The notes under the pieces were generated by a model. It had not been told where the DNA came from, made no database searches, and saw nothing but the letters and a program-made list of their open reading frames with translations. From the sequence record NC_006268.1: a stretch of 64,000 nt of DNA. One strand, given 5' to 3'. Both the position numbers and the translations under genes were made by a program. Within the stretch, counting starts at the first letter, position 1. Every line of letters begins with the position of its first letter. Below, piece after piece: positions 19,771 to 30,697 of this stretch.

Positions 19771-22700
19771 ATGAGTGTTACTCAGCCAACTACACAACAG
19801 TTAAATGCTTATGCTCAATACACATCTCTCCAGCAACAATTATCTAACTTATTAAATCAACTTCAGCAAATCCCTAACCCTCCAACCCCTCCACAAGTAC
19901 CAACTGTAAACACCCCAGTTGCACTAGCTAACTATTACGCTGGCTTAGCAGAATATTATCAAAACTTACAATCCTATTCTCAAGAGTATGGAAAGACAAT
20001 AACACAAAACCTACAAACCTTACAACAAGCAATGCAAATAGTCAACCAAATGGAAGGATTATTGAACACGTTAGGGATGACAGATTCTAACTTACAACAA
20101 GTTGCAAACCAAATAAGCCAAAACATAAACTACTACCAGCAATTACAGAATATTACTCAAACAAACTATTCGACATATATTACCTTTTTCAATAACCTAG
20201 CAAATGCATATAGCCAAATAAGCCAGTATCAGCAATTACCACCTCTTCCACAGGCGCCTAGAGGCTCCGTTTCGCTAACTGAGGCATCCCAATACTATTC
20301 AAACTTAGCAAATTGGTTAACACAAAACTCATCTATTGTTCAACAAAACATAAGCGCTTTACAAGGGGCAATACAGGCATTACAAGCAGCTTTAAACAAT
20401 GTACCCCCAGGCTATAATGCTTCTCAGTTACAACAACAATTACAACAATGGCAACAAGCTTTAGCACAATTACAAAATTTAGAAAATCTAAACCCACAAC
20501 AATTACAAAATACAGCAACTGCTTATTCATTATGGGCCCAAGGGATTTCAGCACTTAACCAAGGCGATTATCAAGATGCTGTAAATGATTTTAACCAAGC
20601 ATTACAAGCTGTTGGTTTAAGTCCACCATCATCACCTACACAAAAAGCTCCTTCTTCACAATGGGCTGCACTATTCTACCTTGATGGATTAGCAAATGCA
20701 TTATTGAACGCACAAAACATACAAAATCAATACCAGCCACAGTTAAATCAGTTAGCTCAACAAATTTCATCACAACAAGGCGGAAATATTTCACCACAGC
20801 TTCTACAAACTATTTCACAATTCTACTCAACTTTGTCTCAAGAATTAGCACAAGTAAGACCATATTTCGAACAGGCCTCACAATATGGGGCAAACGTAGG
20901 TGTTCAGATTAATGTGGAGGGATATAATAGAGCATCAAAACTTGCGGCAGATTTAGCAAAACTAGCAAGCGACATGGCAAATGCGTTACAGCAACTAAAC
21001 AATGCTAGCACGCAGAACTCTAGTCCAGCTAATCAAGCCGTACAAATACTTATGAGCGATCGAGGCCTAGTTAATGAAATAAATTCCCTTGCTTCATCAT
21101 TACCTTCATCCTTTAGTAGTTTAGCGATTGATGCACAATCCCTAGTTAATGGTTACAATGAACTTACTAAGTCTTCTGTAAACGCTTATACGTTTTATAG
21201 TGGTGTTAAACAAATACAACAATATTTGAATCAACAAGATTACAAAGATGCTTATAACGCTGCAGAAAATCTAGCGAAATCGCTTGGTATATCAGTCTCA
21301 GTTGGCAGTCTGACACAACAGTCTTACCAGCCACCCTCTAATGATCCAGAAGTTGAAACTGTGTATTACTTACTTTTACTATCGAAGTGGGGTTTAACAT
21401 ATCAAAGCATTACAAATCAATATCAACGACAGATTAACTCCCTCGCATCTAGCATTAGCTCCTCAAGCTCTATGGAACAGACTTTCAGCACTTACGCGAA
21501 AATCTTCAACCTAATGTCTCAGATGTATAGCAATCTCCAGCAAATCACCCCTGCTGCTAACGCTGCATTTTCATATTTTGGCGAACCAACCTTCCCGCCA
21601 AACTACTTTGCTACAGCTGCAGAATTGATGAAGAAGGCCTCAAACATTGCCTCACGTATTGCAAACGATCTAGCAAATGGTAATTATGATGATATAGAGA
21701 AGATTCAACTTAACTTTAGTGAATTATCACAACTACAAAGCATGAACAATAGCTTAACACAAGACATGACTTCTAGCATAAAGCAAAACATAGCTAATTT
21801 TGCTATCGCTGTTGCAAACTTACAATATAATATCGCATTTACAAATGCAATAAACAAAGCAGTACAACAGACAAATAACCAGCAAAATCAGACTGCTGTT
21901 AATCAAAACAATATAGCTGCTAATCGTTTCTTTAGAGGTAGATTCGGTAATGTATATGAAACTTCTAGCAATTCATCGGCACAATCATATGAACAGTTAT
22001 CGCAAGCATATGCGCAAGCAGCGCAACAAATTGAAACAATTGCGCAAAAACAAGCCTCTGGAAACGTAGAGATACCTGGAGTAGGTACAGTAAATGTTCG
22101 TGTCTCAAATGATCTAATCAATTCTGCAGACAAAACCGCACAGAAGATGAAACTATTAAGCCAGGCTTATAATGCATTAGCACAAGCTTCACAGAACTCT
22201 AGCGATCCGCAAACTGCGTTAAGATATTATCAAACAGCTTATAATGATTTTACACAGGCTGGAGTTAGTCAAGATAAATTAAGCAATTTGCAAAGTATAA
22301 TTACATTTTATCAATACTTGGCAAGTAACCAGGGAACATTACAAAGCATACAAAGCCAGTTACAAGCAATAGGCAATCTAACACCCCAAGTTAATGGTAA
22401 TTCTATACAATTAGGCTCAGCCACACTTGTTGCATCAGCCGCTTCAATGCCCTTGTCGCAAATGAGAAGTACAGTAGAGCAAGCAACTGGTTTAGATCAG
22501 TTGAAACAACAAATTAATAGTTATTATGATAATTTCCCACCTCTACCACAAGATCTACAACAACAAGTTGACAAGATGCACAAAATCGCAAACACGACAG
22601 TTGATTTATATACAAATATTTTAGTAGCTAGGGCCTATTCGAGCATAACACAATTACCTAACGTTTCAACAGACCAACAGATACAAGCATTACAAAATGC

Positions 22701-25700
22701 AAAACAAGCACTAGAAAATGCAAAACAAGATGCGCAAACATTACAAAGCTTAGGAATAAATGTTAATCCATCACAAATCCAGAAGTCTGTAGATAATATC
22801 AACCAAAGCATAAATGAAATACAAACAGTTCATGATTACTCTCAGCAATTACAAAACATATTGAAACAAATACAAGATCAATTGCAAACGCCTCAAACTG
22901 CGGAATCGCTAACATCAAACCTAATGAATCTATCGAGTCAAGGCTTACAAATAATTAATAATATAATAGCTACATATCAAAGATATGGGCAAAGTCCAGA
23001 TCAAAGCATTTTAGCATTAAGAGATAGACTACAGAAGATTTATAATAATGCGTACAATGAATACAAAACATTAACTGGACCGCTAAGTATTCAATCAATT
23101 GTTGAAAACATAGTCGCCAATCTTTCGAGCCTTGTTGGTACAGCAATAAATGATGGTTTGAATGACATAAGCAACTTTATAACTCATGCAATTCCAGGTT
23201 TGGCTGGCCAAATAATTGCTGGAATTGTAATAGGCGCCCTATTCTCACTGTTACAACTAATTCCTGGCGTTAACGTAGCAGTTGATACAGCGATTGGAAT
23301 TACCATAATGGCTGCTACAATGGGTGCGGCAGTACAACAATACTATCTATCTGGAATCTCGAATTGGAAAACAATAGCGTTTGATATAGCGAAATCATTC
23401 GCAACACCAGAAGGAATAGCTGCGTTGCTTTCCGGTGTAGGTTTTTCAATTGGATTACCACGAGTTGTTGACAACATAGGTGGTTTATTCAAATCAACCG
23501 ATAATGTAAAAGTGTCTGGAGTAGTAAAAAGCTTGGATAATGCGAAAATTGACTTAGACAATATACGAGCAAAGATAGGAGACCTATTAAACAGACTAAA
23601 TCTCGATAAGAACAAAATTAATGTCTCAGATGTTGCAAAAAGTCTAGGAGATTTAAATGAACTACTTAGGATAAAGGGAGTATTAGAAGGTATTAAAGAT
23701 GACCTTGACAAACTAAAAGAGCAACTGAATGGAATTGTAAAAATAAATGCAAAAGTAAAAGTTGGACCAGAAGGTCCAGAAGTTTATACAACAAAACTCG
23801 AACTAGTTGGTGAAAAAATTGCTAGCTTAACTGCAGAAATAGAAAGAATACAACAAGCTATTGATGCTGCAATTGAAAAGCTAAAACCAGCAATCAGAAT
23901 AACTAAAGGAGGAACAGTAGAAGTAGAAGGTGGTAGCAATTTTGCAGCAACTATAGCTAAGATAAGTAATGAAGGAAAAGTAGAAGTATATAGAGAATTA
24001 CCAAATAATATCTTCCAAAAACTTGAAGTTCCTCCTGAAAACAAAATAGGTTTGCCAACATCTAAAACAGTAGAGATAAGTAATGGAGAGTTACATGGTA
24101 CTACACTTTCACCAGACCTATTAAATCTAGAACGAGCTAATCTAATTAATGAAAAAGTAGTTTACGAATTTTCGCAAATCCCAGAAGAGATTAGTAGATT
24201 AGAGGCGCAATTCAAAGATAATGAAACAACCATAATACCTATAAGTAAAGAGTTCGCAGATTATTTACAGGCAAAATTTGATGCTTTGAGATCACAAATT
24301 GAGCAAATCACATCAACAATGTATGAAATCTATCAAAACGCACCAGATTTCAGGACAGCACAGAAAGAAATAGATCGGCTGGGTTTAACAGACCAATTAA
24401 AGTCCGCTGAAGATCAGCTAAGAGAATTGAATAAGAAATTAATTTCACTAAGACAGATAGGTGATTTATTAAATGCCATCAAGGAGAAAACAACGATAGA
24501 TATCGAACCACTGTTGAAAGACTATATTGATGGTAAGATAAGTAATACATCTACCCTTGTAAAAGCGTTAGGTGAAAAACTTTATGATTATTATAAATCA
24601 CAAATTGATTCTGTAGAAAATAATATTTTAAGCACTTTACAGAAGAAGGGTGCAACACCAGAGCAAATTGCAGAGATTAAGAATATAATTGATGAGCGGG
24701 CATCAGGCCGACTTGCGGGCTTTAGGAACTTCAGTAATCCACTAGATGTAGCAGACGTGATTGAACTAACTAATGATTATATTGATGATTTACACGAAAT
24801 TGAAGGACTTGTAAATAATGCATCTAATGCGAATGATATAATTGACATAATAAAGAACCGCCTTAGTGGAGGTTCTAACAAACAAATTGGAGTACAACTT
24901 AAACAAATAAATACTAAAACAGAGAATCAACCAATAGGCGCGCCAAATCAGAATATTGGCCAGCCAAATACTCCTAGTGCTTCTGCCTCTGGTGGCGCTA
25001 AGATTACGACTAGTGGCAACCAGCAGTTAATTCAGCTACAGAAAGCTGATGTAGGAACCATAACACTGAGGTATAGCCTTTCTGACATTATCAATACCGC
25101 TAGACAAATACTTGGAAAAGATTTTGATAGGGAATTGTACGTATTTTCGCAGTTGTTTGGAAAAGATTCTATAGAACAGGCAATTTTAGATGCTGCGAAG
25201 AAGTCTCCAACACCAGAGCTAGACTCAATAGCGAGAACATTGGGCGACGTTATAAAGAGTAAAGTTGATGAAGCCTTGAAGAATTCCCCAGATAAAGTAG
25301 TTTCGACTATTGAAAGTATGCTAAAAATCAATAATGATTTAGTAAGAAGTAAGCTCACAACGGACTTACTTGACTTTATAAAGAACAATCCAAAAGCAAC
25401 ATTTAGGGACTTATTGACATTTACAGAAAAAGATCTACCAAAAATTGTTAATGATGTTAAGGACACATTGATAACTACAGTTTTAGATCAATTGAGTAAA
25501 GGACTTGGTGATTTAACTAACTTAATTGGGAAAGATTCACTGAAGACATTCCTTGAAAACGAGATAAAGAATGGTGTATTCGATGTAAACAAGTTGTTAA
25601 ATGATGCTAAAGCATTTGTAGATTCCAGACTTGCAGAATTATTGAAGGCCAATCCGGAGAAAATACTTTCAACGATATTAGATTCTGCAAAGATTGGGAA

Positions 25701-26697
25701 TAAGCTGGTTAGAGACAAACTGCTAGCAGATGCACTAGAGTTCGTAAAACATTTTGGCGGTAACGTGACATTGCAAGATATTGCAGAATTTATAGCAAAG
25801 GATGCTGCTGATCTAAAAATACAACTTGCAAGAGCGTTAAATAGCGGTAACTTAGAAGAACTAGCAAAGATATTCCCTGCTTTGAAAAACGTCATTGAGG
25901 AATTAAAGAAGAATCCACTAAAAGGTTTGAGAGAGTACTTCAGTTTGATAGATCCAACACTTGCTAATGCCTTGAACAAGATAACACCAGATAATGCATT
26001 AGATATTCTTAATGCATTAAAGAACAATGATTTAGCTAAAATATCACAAATAACTGGCTTATCGGTAGATCAACTGAAAAGCCCACAAGTTAAACTATCA
26101 ATAATCAGTGAGGTATTCGACGATTTAATGGAAAAGCTAAAGGCGAAACAAATAACTGACAAGGAATTTGAAAGTGCGGTAGAAAGTTTGAAAGTGATGT
26201 TAGATGAATCACTAAAAGATTACAAAAATTTGCTAGGTGATTACGGTGATAATCTACGAGAACAATTACAAGAAGTTGAGAATAATGTAAAAAGAAAAAG
26301 AATACCTAAAGTAGTTGAACTTTATAAAACAGTGATTCCATCTGTTGCTGCATTACCAGTAGTTCTTTCAATTGAAAGTGCCAGTGATGTCAGTTATCTA
26401 TTAAATTACGCAGAACAACTACCCTCTGAAGAACAAGCACCACTGGTTAGTGAACAAATGCCACAACAACAAGTACAAGTACAAGAAGGTGCAACAGTTT
26501 TACCAACGCCAGTTGAGCCAGAAACACCTACCCTCGCAGAACCTTTAGCTCCACCACCAACTGCACCTAATGGGGAAGAGCAACCTACCTATCAACCACA
26601 AATGGGACCAAACGCACCAGCATTAATATCAGGCAGAAATACTAGATCTATTAGTGGTGAGACACAAGAACAAGTACTATACTTCCCCATTTCATGA
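19771..26697 (+). CDS. Giant 2308-aa coiled-coil protein, probable virion/tail structural or ejection protein
   Basis: Q/N/S/A-rich helical N-terminal half, central hydrophobic segment (GQIIAGIVIGALFSLLQLIPGVNVAVDTAIGITIMAATMG), charged helical C-terminal half, Pro-rich tail. Confidence 0.8.
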   Translation: MSVTQPTTQQLNAYAQYTSLQQQLSNLLNQLQQIPNPPTPPQVPTVNTPVALANYYAGLAEYYQNLQSYSQEYGKTITQNLQTLQQAMQIVNQMEGLLNTLGMTDSNLQQVANQISQNINYYQQLQNITQTNYSTYITFFNNLANAYSQISQYQQLPPLPQAPRGSVSLTEASQYYSNLANWLTQNSSIVQQNISALQGAIQALQAALNNVPPGYNASQLQQQLQQWQQALAQLQNLENLNPQQLQNTATAYSLWAQGISALNQGDYQDAVNDFNQALQAVGLSPPSSPTQKAPSSQWAALFYLDGLANALLNAQNIQNQYQPQLNQLAQQISSQQGGNISPQLLQTISQFYSTLSQELAQVRPYFEQASQYGANVGVQINVEGYNRASKLAADLAKLASDMANALQQLNNASTQNSSPANQAVQILMSDRGLVNEINSLASSLPSSFSSLAIDAQSLVNGYNELTKSSVNAYTFYSGVKQIQQYLNQQDYKDAYNAAENLAKSLGISVSVGSLTQQSYQPPSNDPEVETVYYLLLLSKWGLTYQSITNQYQRQINSLASSISSSSSMEQTFSTYAKIFNLMSQMYSNLQQITPAANAAFSYFGEPTFPPNYFATAAELMKKASNIASRIANDLANGNYDDIEKIQLNFSELSQLQSMNNSLTQDMTSSIKQNIANFAIAVANLQYNIAFTNAINKAVQQTNNQQNQTAVNQNNIAANRFFRGRFGNVYETSSNSSAQSYEQLSQAYAQAAQQIETIAQKQASGNVEIPGVGTVNVRVSNDLINSADKTAQKMKLLSQAYNALAQASQNSSDPQTALRYYQTAYNDFTQAGVSQDKLSNLQSIITFYQYLASNQGTLQSIQSQLQAIGNLTPQVNGNSIQLGSATLVASAASMPLSQMRSTVEQATGLDQLKQQINSYYDNFPPLPQDLQQQVDKMHKIANTTVDLYTNILVARAYSSITQLPNVSTDQQIQALQNAKQALENAKQDAQTLQSLGINVNPSQIQKSVDNINQSINEIQTVHDYSQQLQNILKQIQDQLQTPQTAESLTSNLMNLSSQGLQIINNIIATYQRYGQSPDQSILALRDRLQKIYNNAYNEYKTLTGPLSIQSIVENIVANLSSLVGTAINDGLNDISNFITHAIPGLAGQIIAGIVIGALFSLLQLIPGVNVAVDTAIGITIMAATMGAAVQQYYLSGISNWKTIAFDIAKSFATPEGIAALLSGVGFSIGLPRVVDNIGGLFKSTDNVKVSGVVKSLDNAKIDLDNIRAKIGDLLNRLNLDKNKINVSDVAKSLGDLNELLRIKGVLEGIKDDLDKLKEQLNGIVKINAKVKVGPEGPEVYTTKLELVGEKIASLTAEIERIQQAIDAAIEKLKPAIRITKGGTVEVEGGSNFAATIAKISNEGKVEVYRELPNNIFQKLEVPPENKIGLPTSKTVEISNGELHGTTLSPDLLNLERANLINEKVVYEFSQIPEEISRLEAQFKDNETTIIPISKEFADYLQAKFDALRSQIEQITSTMYEIYQNAPDFRTAQKEIDRLGLTDQLKSAEDQLRELNKKLISLRQIGDLLNAIKEKTTIDIEPLLKDYIDGKISNTSTLVKALGEKLYDYYKSQIDSVENNILSTLQKKGATPEQIAEIKNIIDERASGRLAGFRNFSNPLDVADVIELTNDYIDDLHEIEGLVNNASNANDIIDIIKNRLSGGSNKQIGVQLKQINTKTENQPIGAPNQNIGQPNTPSASASGGAKITTSGNQQLIQLQKADVGTITLRYSLSDIINTARQILGKDFDRELYVFSQLFGKDSIEQAILDAAKKSPTPELDSIARTLGDVIKSKVDEALKNSPDKVVSTIESMLKINNDLVRSKLTTDLLDFIKNNPKATFRDLLTFTEKDLPKIVNDVKDTLITTVLDQLSKGLGDLTNLIGKDSLKTFLENEIKNGVFDVNKLLNDAKAFVDSRLAELLKANPEKILSTILDSAKIGNKLVRDKLLADALEFVKHFGGNVTLQDIAEFIAKDAADLKIQLARALNSGNLEELAKIFPALKNVIEELKKNPLKGLREYFSLIDPTLANALNKITPDNALDILNALKNNDLAKISQITGLSVDQLKSPQVKLSIISEVFDDLMEKLKAKQITDKEFESAVESLKVMLDESLKDYKNLLGDYGDNLREQLQEVENNVKRKRIPKVVELYKTVIPSVAALPVVLSIESASDVSYLLNYAEQLPSEEQAPLVSEQMPQQQVQVQEGATVLPTPVEPETPTLAEPLAPPPTAPNGEEQPTYQPQMGPNAPALISGRNTRSISGETQEQVLYFPIS

Positions 26698-27681
26698 AGA
26701 TACAAAAATTTTTTCTAATTCATTTATTAATTCTTTTTGAACTTCTTCCCTAACTCTCTTTCTTCTTTCCAACTCAGCCCTTATTTCATCTTCTACTTTC
26801 TTTAGCAAACCAGTCTTCACGTAGTAGTCATACACTATCATCCATTTTTCCCTCGCCTTATTACGTAGTTCGAATAAATACGCAATAATATCCCTCATGC
26901 TAATCTGAGGGGGTTGCCTATCTATCTCATCCTTATAGGCTTCTATAGTCTTCTCAAGTCTATCAGAAAAGATCCACATCATATAATAATAGTACTTACG
27001 AATAGAAGATTCATCTTTAAACGCTTTTTCATCAATCTTATCACCAATAATTGGCACATGGTCTCCTGCTAAGAGTTCTTCAAGCTCGGGCTGATCCAGA
27101 AAATGAAGACTTAACTCGTTAAGTAGCTTACTCATTCCAGCGCGACCACATAAGCCGTTTTCAGTAACTTCATTCAAATAATTATTAATTTTCTCCCTAA
27201 GATTGTCAATTGCTGGCATTATTTCATCTACTGCTTTCTCTAAACGCTCTGCCTTTTCTTTCTCACCTTCCTCTTTAAGAGCTCCAAGATGTATATAAAA
27301 GACAAAATCCTTCACAGACAGATTATAAGGAAGGTTTATAAGATCAATTTGATTAGGTAGATCTTCATAAAAATATGACCAGAGTTTAAAACAATAGTTT
27401 GACGCCCCCTCAAGTGCTTTCTTTATTTCTTCAAGTACCACATGAGGATCGTCATTTTTGTGAGCTTCAAGGTACTCCTTTACGCTTTTATATCCTTGTG
27501 GAATGTATAAATGCTTGCTAAACTCTTTTTCATCCTTTATTTGAATGTTTAGTCTTTCTTCAACCTTTTCTATTTCTCTTGTTATCCACTCATCGTTCAA
27601 GCTTTTATAATACTCGATTATCTTTTTCGCTTCTGTTATGATCTCATTTATCCTTTCAAAATACTCTGAATAACTTTTCAT
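26692..27681 (-). CDS. Hypothetical charged helical protein
   Basis: 329-aa ORF converging on the giant ORF with a 6-nt overlap. Confidence 0.8.
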   Translation of the reverse strand: MKSYSEYFERINEIITEAKKIIEYYKSLNDEWITREIEKVEERLNIQIKDEKEFSKHLYIPQGYKSVKEYLEAHKNDDPHVVLEEIKKALEGASNYCFKLWSYFYEDLPNQIDLINLPYNLSVKDFVFYIHLGALKEEGEKEKAERLEKAVDEIMPAIDNLREKINNYLNEVTENGLCGRAGMSKLLNELSLHFLDQPELEELLAGDHVPIIGDKIDEKAFKDESSIRKYYYYMMWIFSDRLEKTIEAYKDEIDRQPPQISMRDIIAYLFELRNKAREKWMIVYDYYVKTGLLKKVEDEIRAELERRKRVREEVQKELINELEKIFVSS

Positions 27682-27725
27682 CTAAAAATATAGAGAGAGA
27701 AAGGTAAAAAATATATTTTTATCTT

Positions 27726-28226
27726 TTATACGCCTTGCGGGAGATAACCTAATGCCATTAACATGTATAGAATTTCTGCTACTGAAAATACGCCTATTAA
27801 GAAGTAATCAAATGCCATAATAACTGGTGCTACGATTAAACCTTGAACAACTAATGGAACCCAATCTGCAAAGAGGAAAAGCGCGTTAGTATAGACATAC
27901 GTAATATATGCTACTATAAACACAGTTTGTGCGTAGGTTTGTGTTGAGGAGGATAGGTTTGAAAGTAATGATATTCCAGACATTGTACCTAGAAGTGCTG
28001 CACCATTTACTACAGCGCCAAAAAATGGATTATGTACTAACCCAGTTAGGAATGTGATAAGACTTAGTCCAGAAATGTAAGATAGTAACTGAGATGCTTG
28101 TCCGGAAAAGTAGTTTGGAATCGCTGCCGTAATTGCATCAACTAGGAGGTTTGCAACAAAAGCCCCCATTAATATTCCATATGCTGCGTTAAATGTTGTT
28201 TGTAAGAAATTTGTTAGGAATCCCAT
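27726..28226 (-). CDS. Membrane protein (about 4 TM helices)
   Basis: 166 aa, almost entirely hydrophobic. Confidence 0.8.
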   Translation of the reverse strand: MGFLTNFLQTTFNAAYGILMGAFVANLLVDAITAAIPNYFSGQASQLLSYISGLSLITFLTGLVHNPFFGAVVNGAALLGTMSGISLLSNLSSSTQTYAQTVFIVAYITYVYTNALFLFADWVPLVVQGLIVAPVIMAFDYFLIGVFSVAEILYMLMALGYLPQGV

Positions 28227-28237
28227 CTTCTATCACC

Positions 28238-30511
28238 TTATAAGAGTTGTGTCTGTGCTCTTTGCGTTGTTGTGCTAGAAGAAAGTACTGATGGTGCTGC
28301 TGCTATTGCTGCATCACCTACTACATTTATTACTGCGTTTAAAGCATTAACTGCAGCATCATACGTTGCGTTTTGTGTGAAGTTTTGACCTGTAATCGTG
28401 CTTAATGCATTGATGAGATTTAGATAATATTTTGCTTGTTCTTTATACTGTATTGCAGCATTCTTATCTCCATTTTTTAAAGCCTCATATGCTTTTGCAG
28501 CATAATCATATAAAGAGATTAGCAAACCATTCATCTTCATTGTAAATGTGCTTCCTGGCTCTTGTGCCAAAGCCATTATGTAAGGGGCATATTGTGGTGC
28601 TGCAGCTATTGCATCTGCATAATCATTATTCATCAGATAGTTTGCGACTGTTTGATTATATTGCACCTGTACTTCTTGTGATGAATTATTTGGTGAGAAT
28701 CCTGATACGATGTTATTAATGTAAGTGCTTAATCCATTAAGGTATGGATTATTAGTATTTGCTAATGCTGAAAGTTGATCAACAATGTTTTGTGGATTTT
28801 GGCTCTGGATAAATGCTGTGTTAAGCTCTTGTATCAAGTTCTGAACTTGATTAATCGTACTTATTGCTTGATCAATATCTGCTGTATCGTTAGTGTATGA
28901 TTTTAATTGATTCAATATCTGAAGGGCCTCATTCAGATTACCGCTTTGTAGTGCATTTTGAAGATTTGCAGTTAGACTCTGCGTGCTTGTACCTACTTGC
29001 TGCTGTGCGCTTTGTAATAATTGTGCTACAGTATTTGCCTCATTGCTTAGATAATTGGTTAAATACGAAGTGATTGGATTGCTGCCTACTTGGTTTGCAA
29101 TTTGTTGCAATTGGTTTGCAATTTGTTGCAGTGTATTAACATCTGATAAAGTGTATTGCTTCTTATTTTGTTCTTGCTGAATTGTGTTAGTAATATTATT
29201 TAATTGCTGCTGTACGCTACTCAATATCTGAATTGCCTGAGAGATGGTATTTGCATCTTGAGAATCACCTATTTGATTGGCAGTTTGTTCACCACTCTGT
29301 AAGGCGGTGATTGCTGCATTTATATTACCATTCTGCAAATCGTTTTGTACTTGGCTAATTAGACTTTGGAATTGTTGCTGTAATTGTTGTAATTGTTTCT
29401 GTTGTTGCTGCTGTAAGTAGTTTTGTATGTTAGTTTGTACTTGTTGCGCAGTACTCGCTAAATTATTTATATAGGTAGATAAGTAAGAGGTAATTGTGTT
29501 ATTACCAATACTATTGTTTATGTTGTTTAATGTACTAATAGCATTTTGAATAGTCTGTAGATCACTTTGTGTGTAGCTACTTTTGTTAGCTTCTTGTTGT
29601 ATTGTACTGGCAACACTACTTAATTGTTGCTGTATGTTATTCAAGATCTGTACTGCCTGTGAAATAGTACTTGCAGCTTGCGTATAACTAATTTGATTTG
29701 CGAGTTGACCGCCACTCTGTAAGGCAGAAAGGGCTCCACTTATGTTACCACTCTGTAAATCATTCTCAGCTTGAGAAATGTAGTTCTGTACTTGCTGCGT
29801 ATTTGGTCCAGTACTGCCTCCGCCACCGCCAGAACCGCCGCCGGAGTTTGGATTGTTATTTCCTCCACCACCGCCAGAGTTTGGCGGACTGGAACTACCC
29901 CCACCACCGCCAGAACCACCACCAGAATTTGGATTAGAACTACCCCCACCACCGCCAGAACCAGGGCTCGAGCTGTTTGGTGAGTTGTTAGAACTGCCTG
30001 ATTGGTTATTAAGGTAGTTTTGTATTTTTTGTTGAACTGATTGTGCTTGTTGATATAGACTGTTTAAATAATTTGCAAGAGGACCAGCGTATGGATTTCC
30101 ACCATTTGCTTCTGCGTCTAAGCCATTAACAACATTCTCCAAATTATTTACAATAGTACTAATTGTGTCCAAATCATTTTTTGTATACGAACTTTGTTGT
30201 TGTAATTGAAGTATTGTGTTTCTATATTGATCATAATTATATGCAGTAAGAACTTTTAGGACTTGCTCCGCATCATAAGCATCACCTTGATTACCAATTT
30301 GCTTATCATATTGTATTATTCCGTTTAGAATATCTTGTACATCAGCAGGAGAAACACCAACACTAACGATTTGCCCATTTTGAACTGTTTGTGTACATTG
30401 AGCAGGGCCTTGTCCAGTACTGTATAGTGGAGGAGGGTTGTACGCTTCAAATGGAATTTGGTAAGCCATTAACCAACCTTGATTTGTGCATGGTTGCGAA
30501 GATTCTGACAT
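28238..30511 (-). CDS. Q/N-rich helical repeat protein with Gly/Ser linker, probable structural/filament protein
   Basis: A GGGGSS/NPNSGGG low-complexity tract and about 3 internal helical repeats (QNDLQSGNI...ISQA.QIL). Confidence 0.8.
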   Translation of the reverse strand: MSESSQPCTNQGWLMAYQIPFEAYNPPPLYSTGQGPAQCTQTVQNGQIVSVGVSPADVQDILNGIIQYDKQIGNQGDAYDAEQVLKVLTAYNYDQYRNTILQLQQQSSYTKNDLDTISTIVNNLENVVNGLDAEANGGNPYAGPLANYLNSLYQQAQSVQQKIQNYLNNQSGSSNNSPNSSSPGSGGGGGSSNPNSGGGSGGGGGSSSPPNSGGGGGNNNPNSGGGSGGGGGSTGPNTQQVQNYISQAENDLQSGNISGALSALQSGGQLANQISYTQAASTISQAVQILNNIQQQLSSVASTIQQEANKSSYTQSDLQTIQNAISTLNNINNSIGNNTITSYLSTYINNLASTAQQVQTNIQNYLQQQQQKQLQQLQQQFQSLISQVQNDLQNGNINAAITALQSGEQTANQIGDSQDANTISQAIQILSSVQQQLNNITNTIQQEQNKKQYTLSDVNTLQQIANQLQQIANQVGSNPITSYLTNYLSNEANTVAQLLQSAQQQVGTSTQSLTANLQNALQSGNLNEALQILNQLKSYTNDTADIDQAISTINQVQNLIQELNTAFIQSQNPQNIVDQLSALANTNNPYLNGLSTYINNIVSGFSPNNSSQEVQVQYNQTVANYLMNNDYADAIAAAPQYAPYIMALAQEPGSTFTMKMNGLLISLYDYAAKAYEALKNGDKNAAIQYKEQAKYYLNLINALSTITGQNFTQNATYDAAVNALNAVINVVGDAAIAAAPSVLSSSTTTQRAQTQLL

Positions 30512-30571
30512 CTCACTCTCCTCTCTCTAAAAATATTAAAGCAAAATTAAAAAGAGTCACTCAGAAGGCTT

Positions 30572-30657
30572 TTCGGTAAATTTACCAAATTCTTACTTGT
30601 TGAACATATTTTGGTAAATTTGCTGAATTATCATGACAATTCGGTAGATTTGAAGAA
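30572..30657. repeat. Single box (30572-30589) plus full 48-bp element (30610-30657)
   Basis: ttcggtaaatttaccaaa; tttggtaaatttgctgaa ttatcatgacaa ttcggtagatttgaagaa. Confidence 0.85.
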
Positions 30658-30697
30658 AAAGCTAATCTTTTTTAATTTATAACGCTTACTTAAGATT

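Noticed and set aside
26692-26697. Switch from all-plus to mixed/minus gene orientation as a replication terminus
   Set aside because: No sequence signal at the junction (the genes overlap by 6 nt); needs a whole-genome skew calculation that I cannot run.
29815-29995. G-quadruplex-forming sequence on the minus strand
   Set aside because: Runs are mostly GG from glycine codons; protein low complexity explains it.
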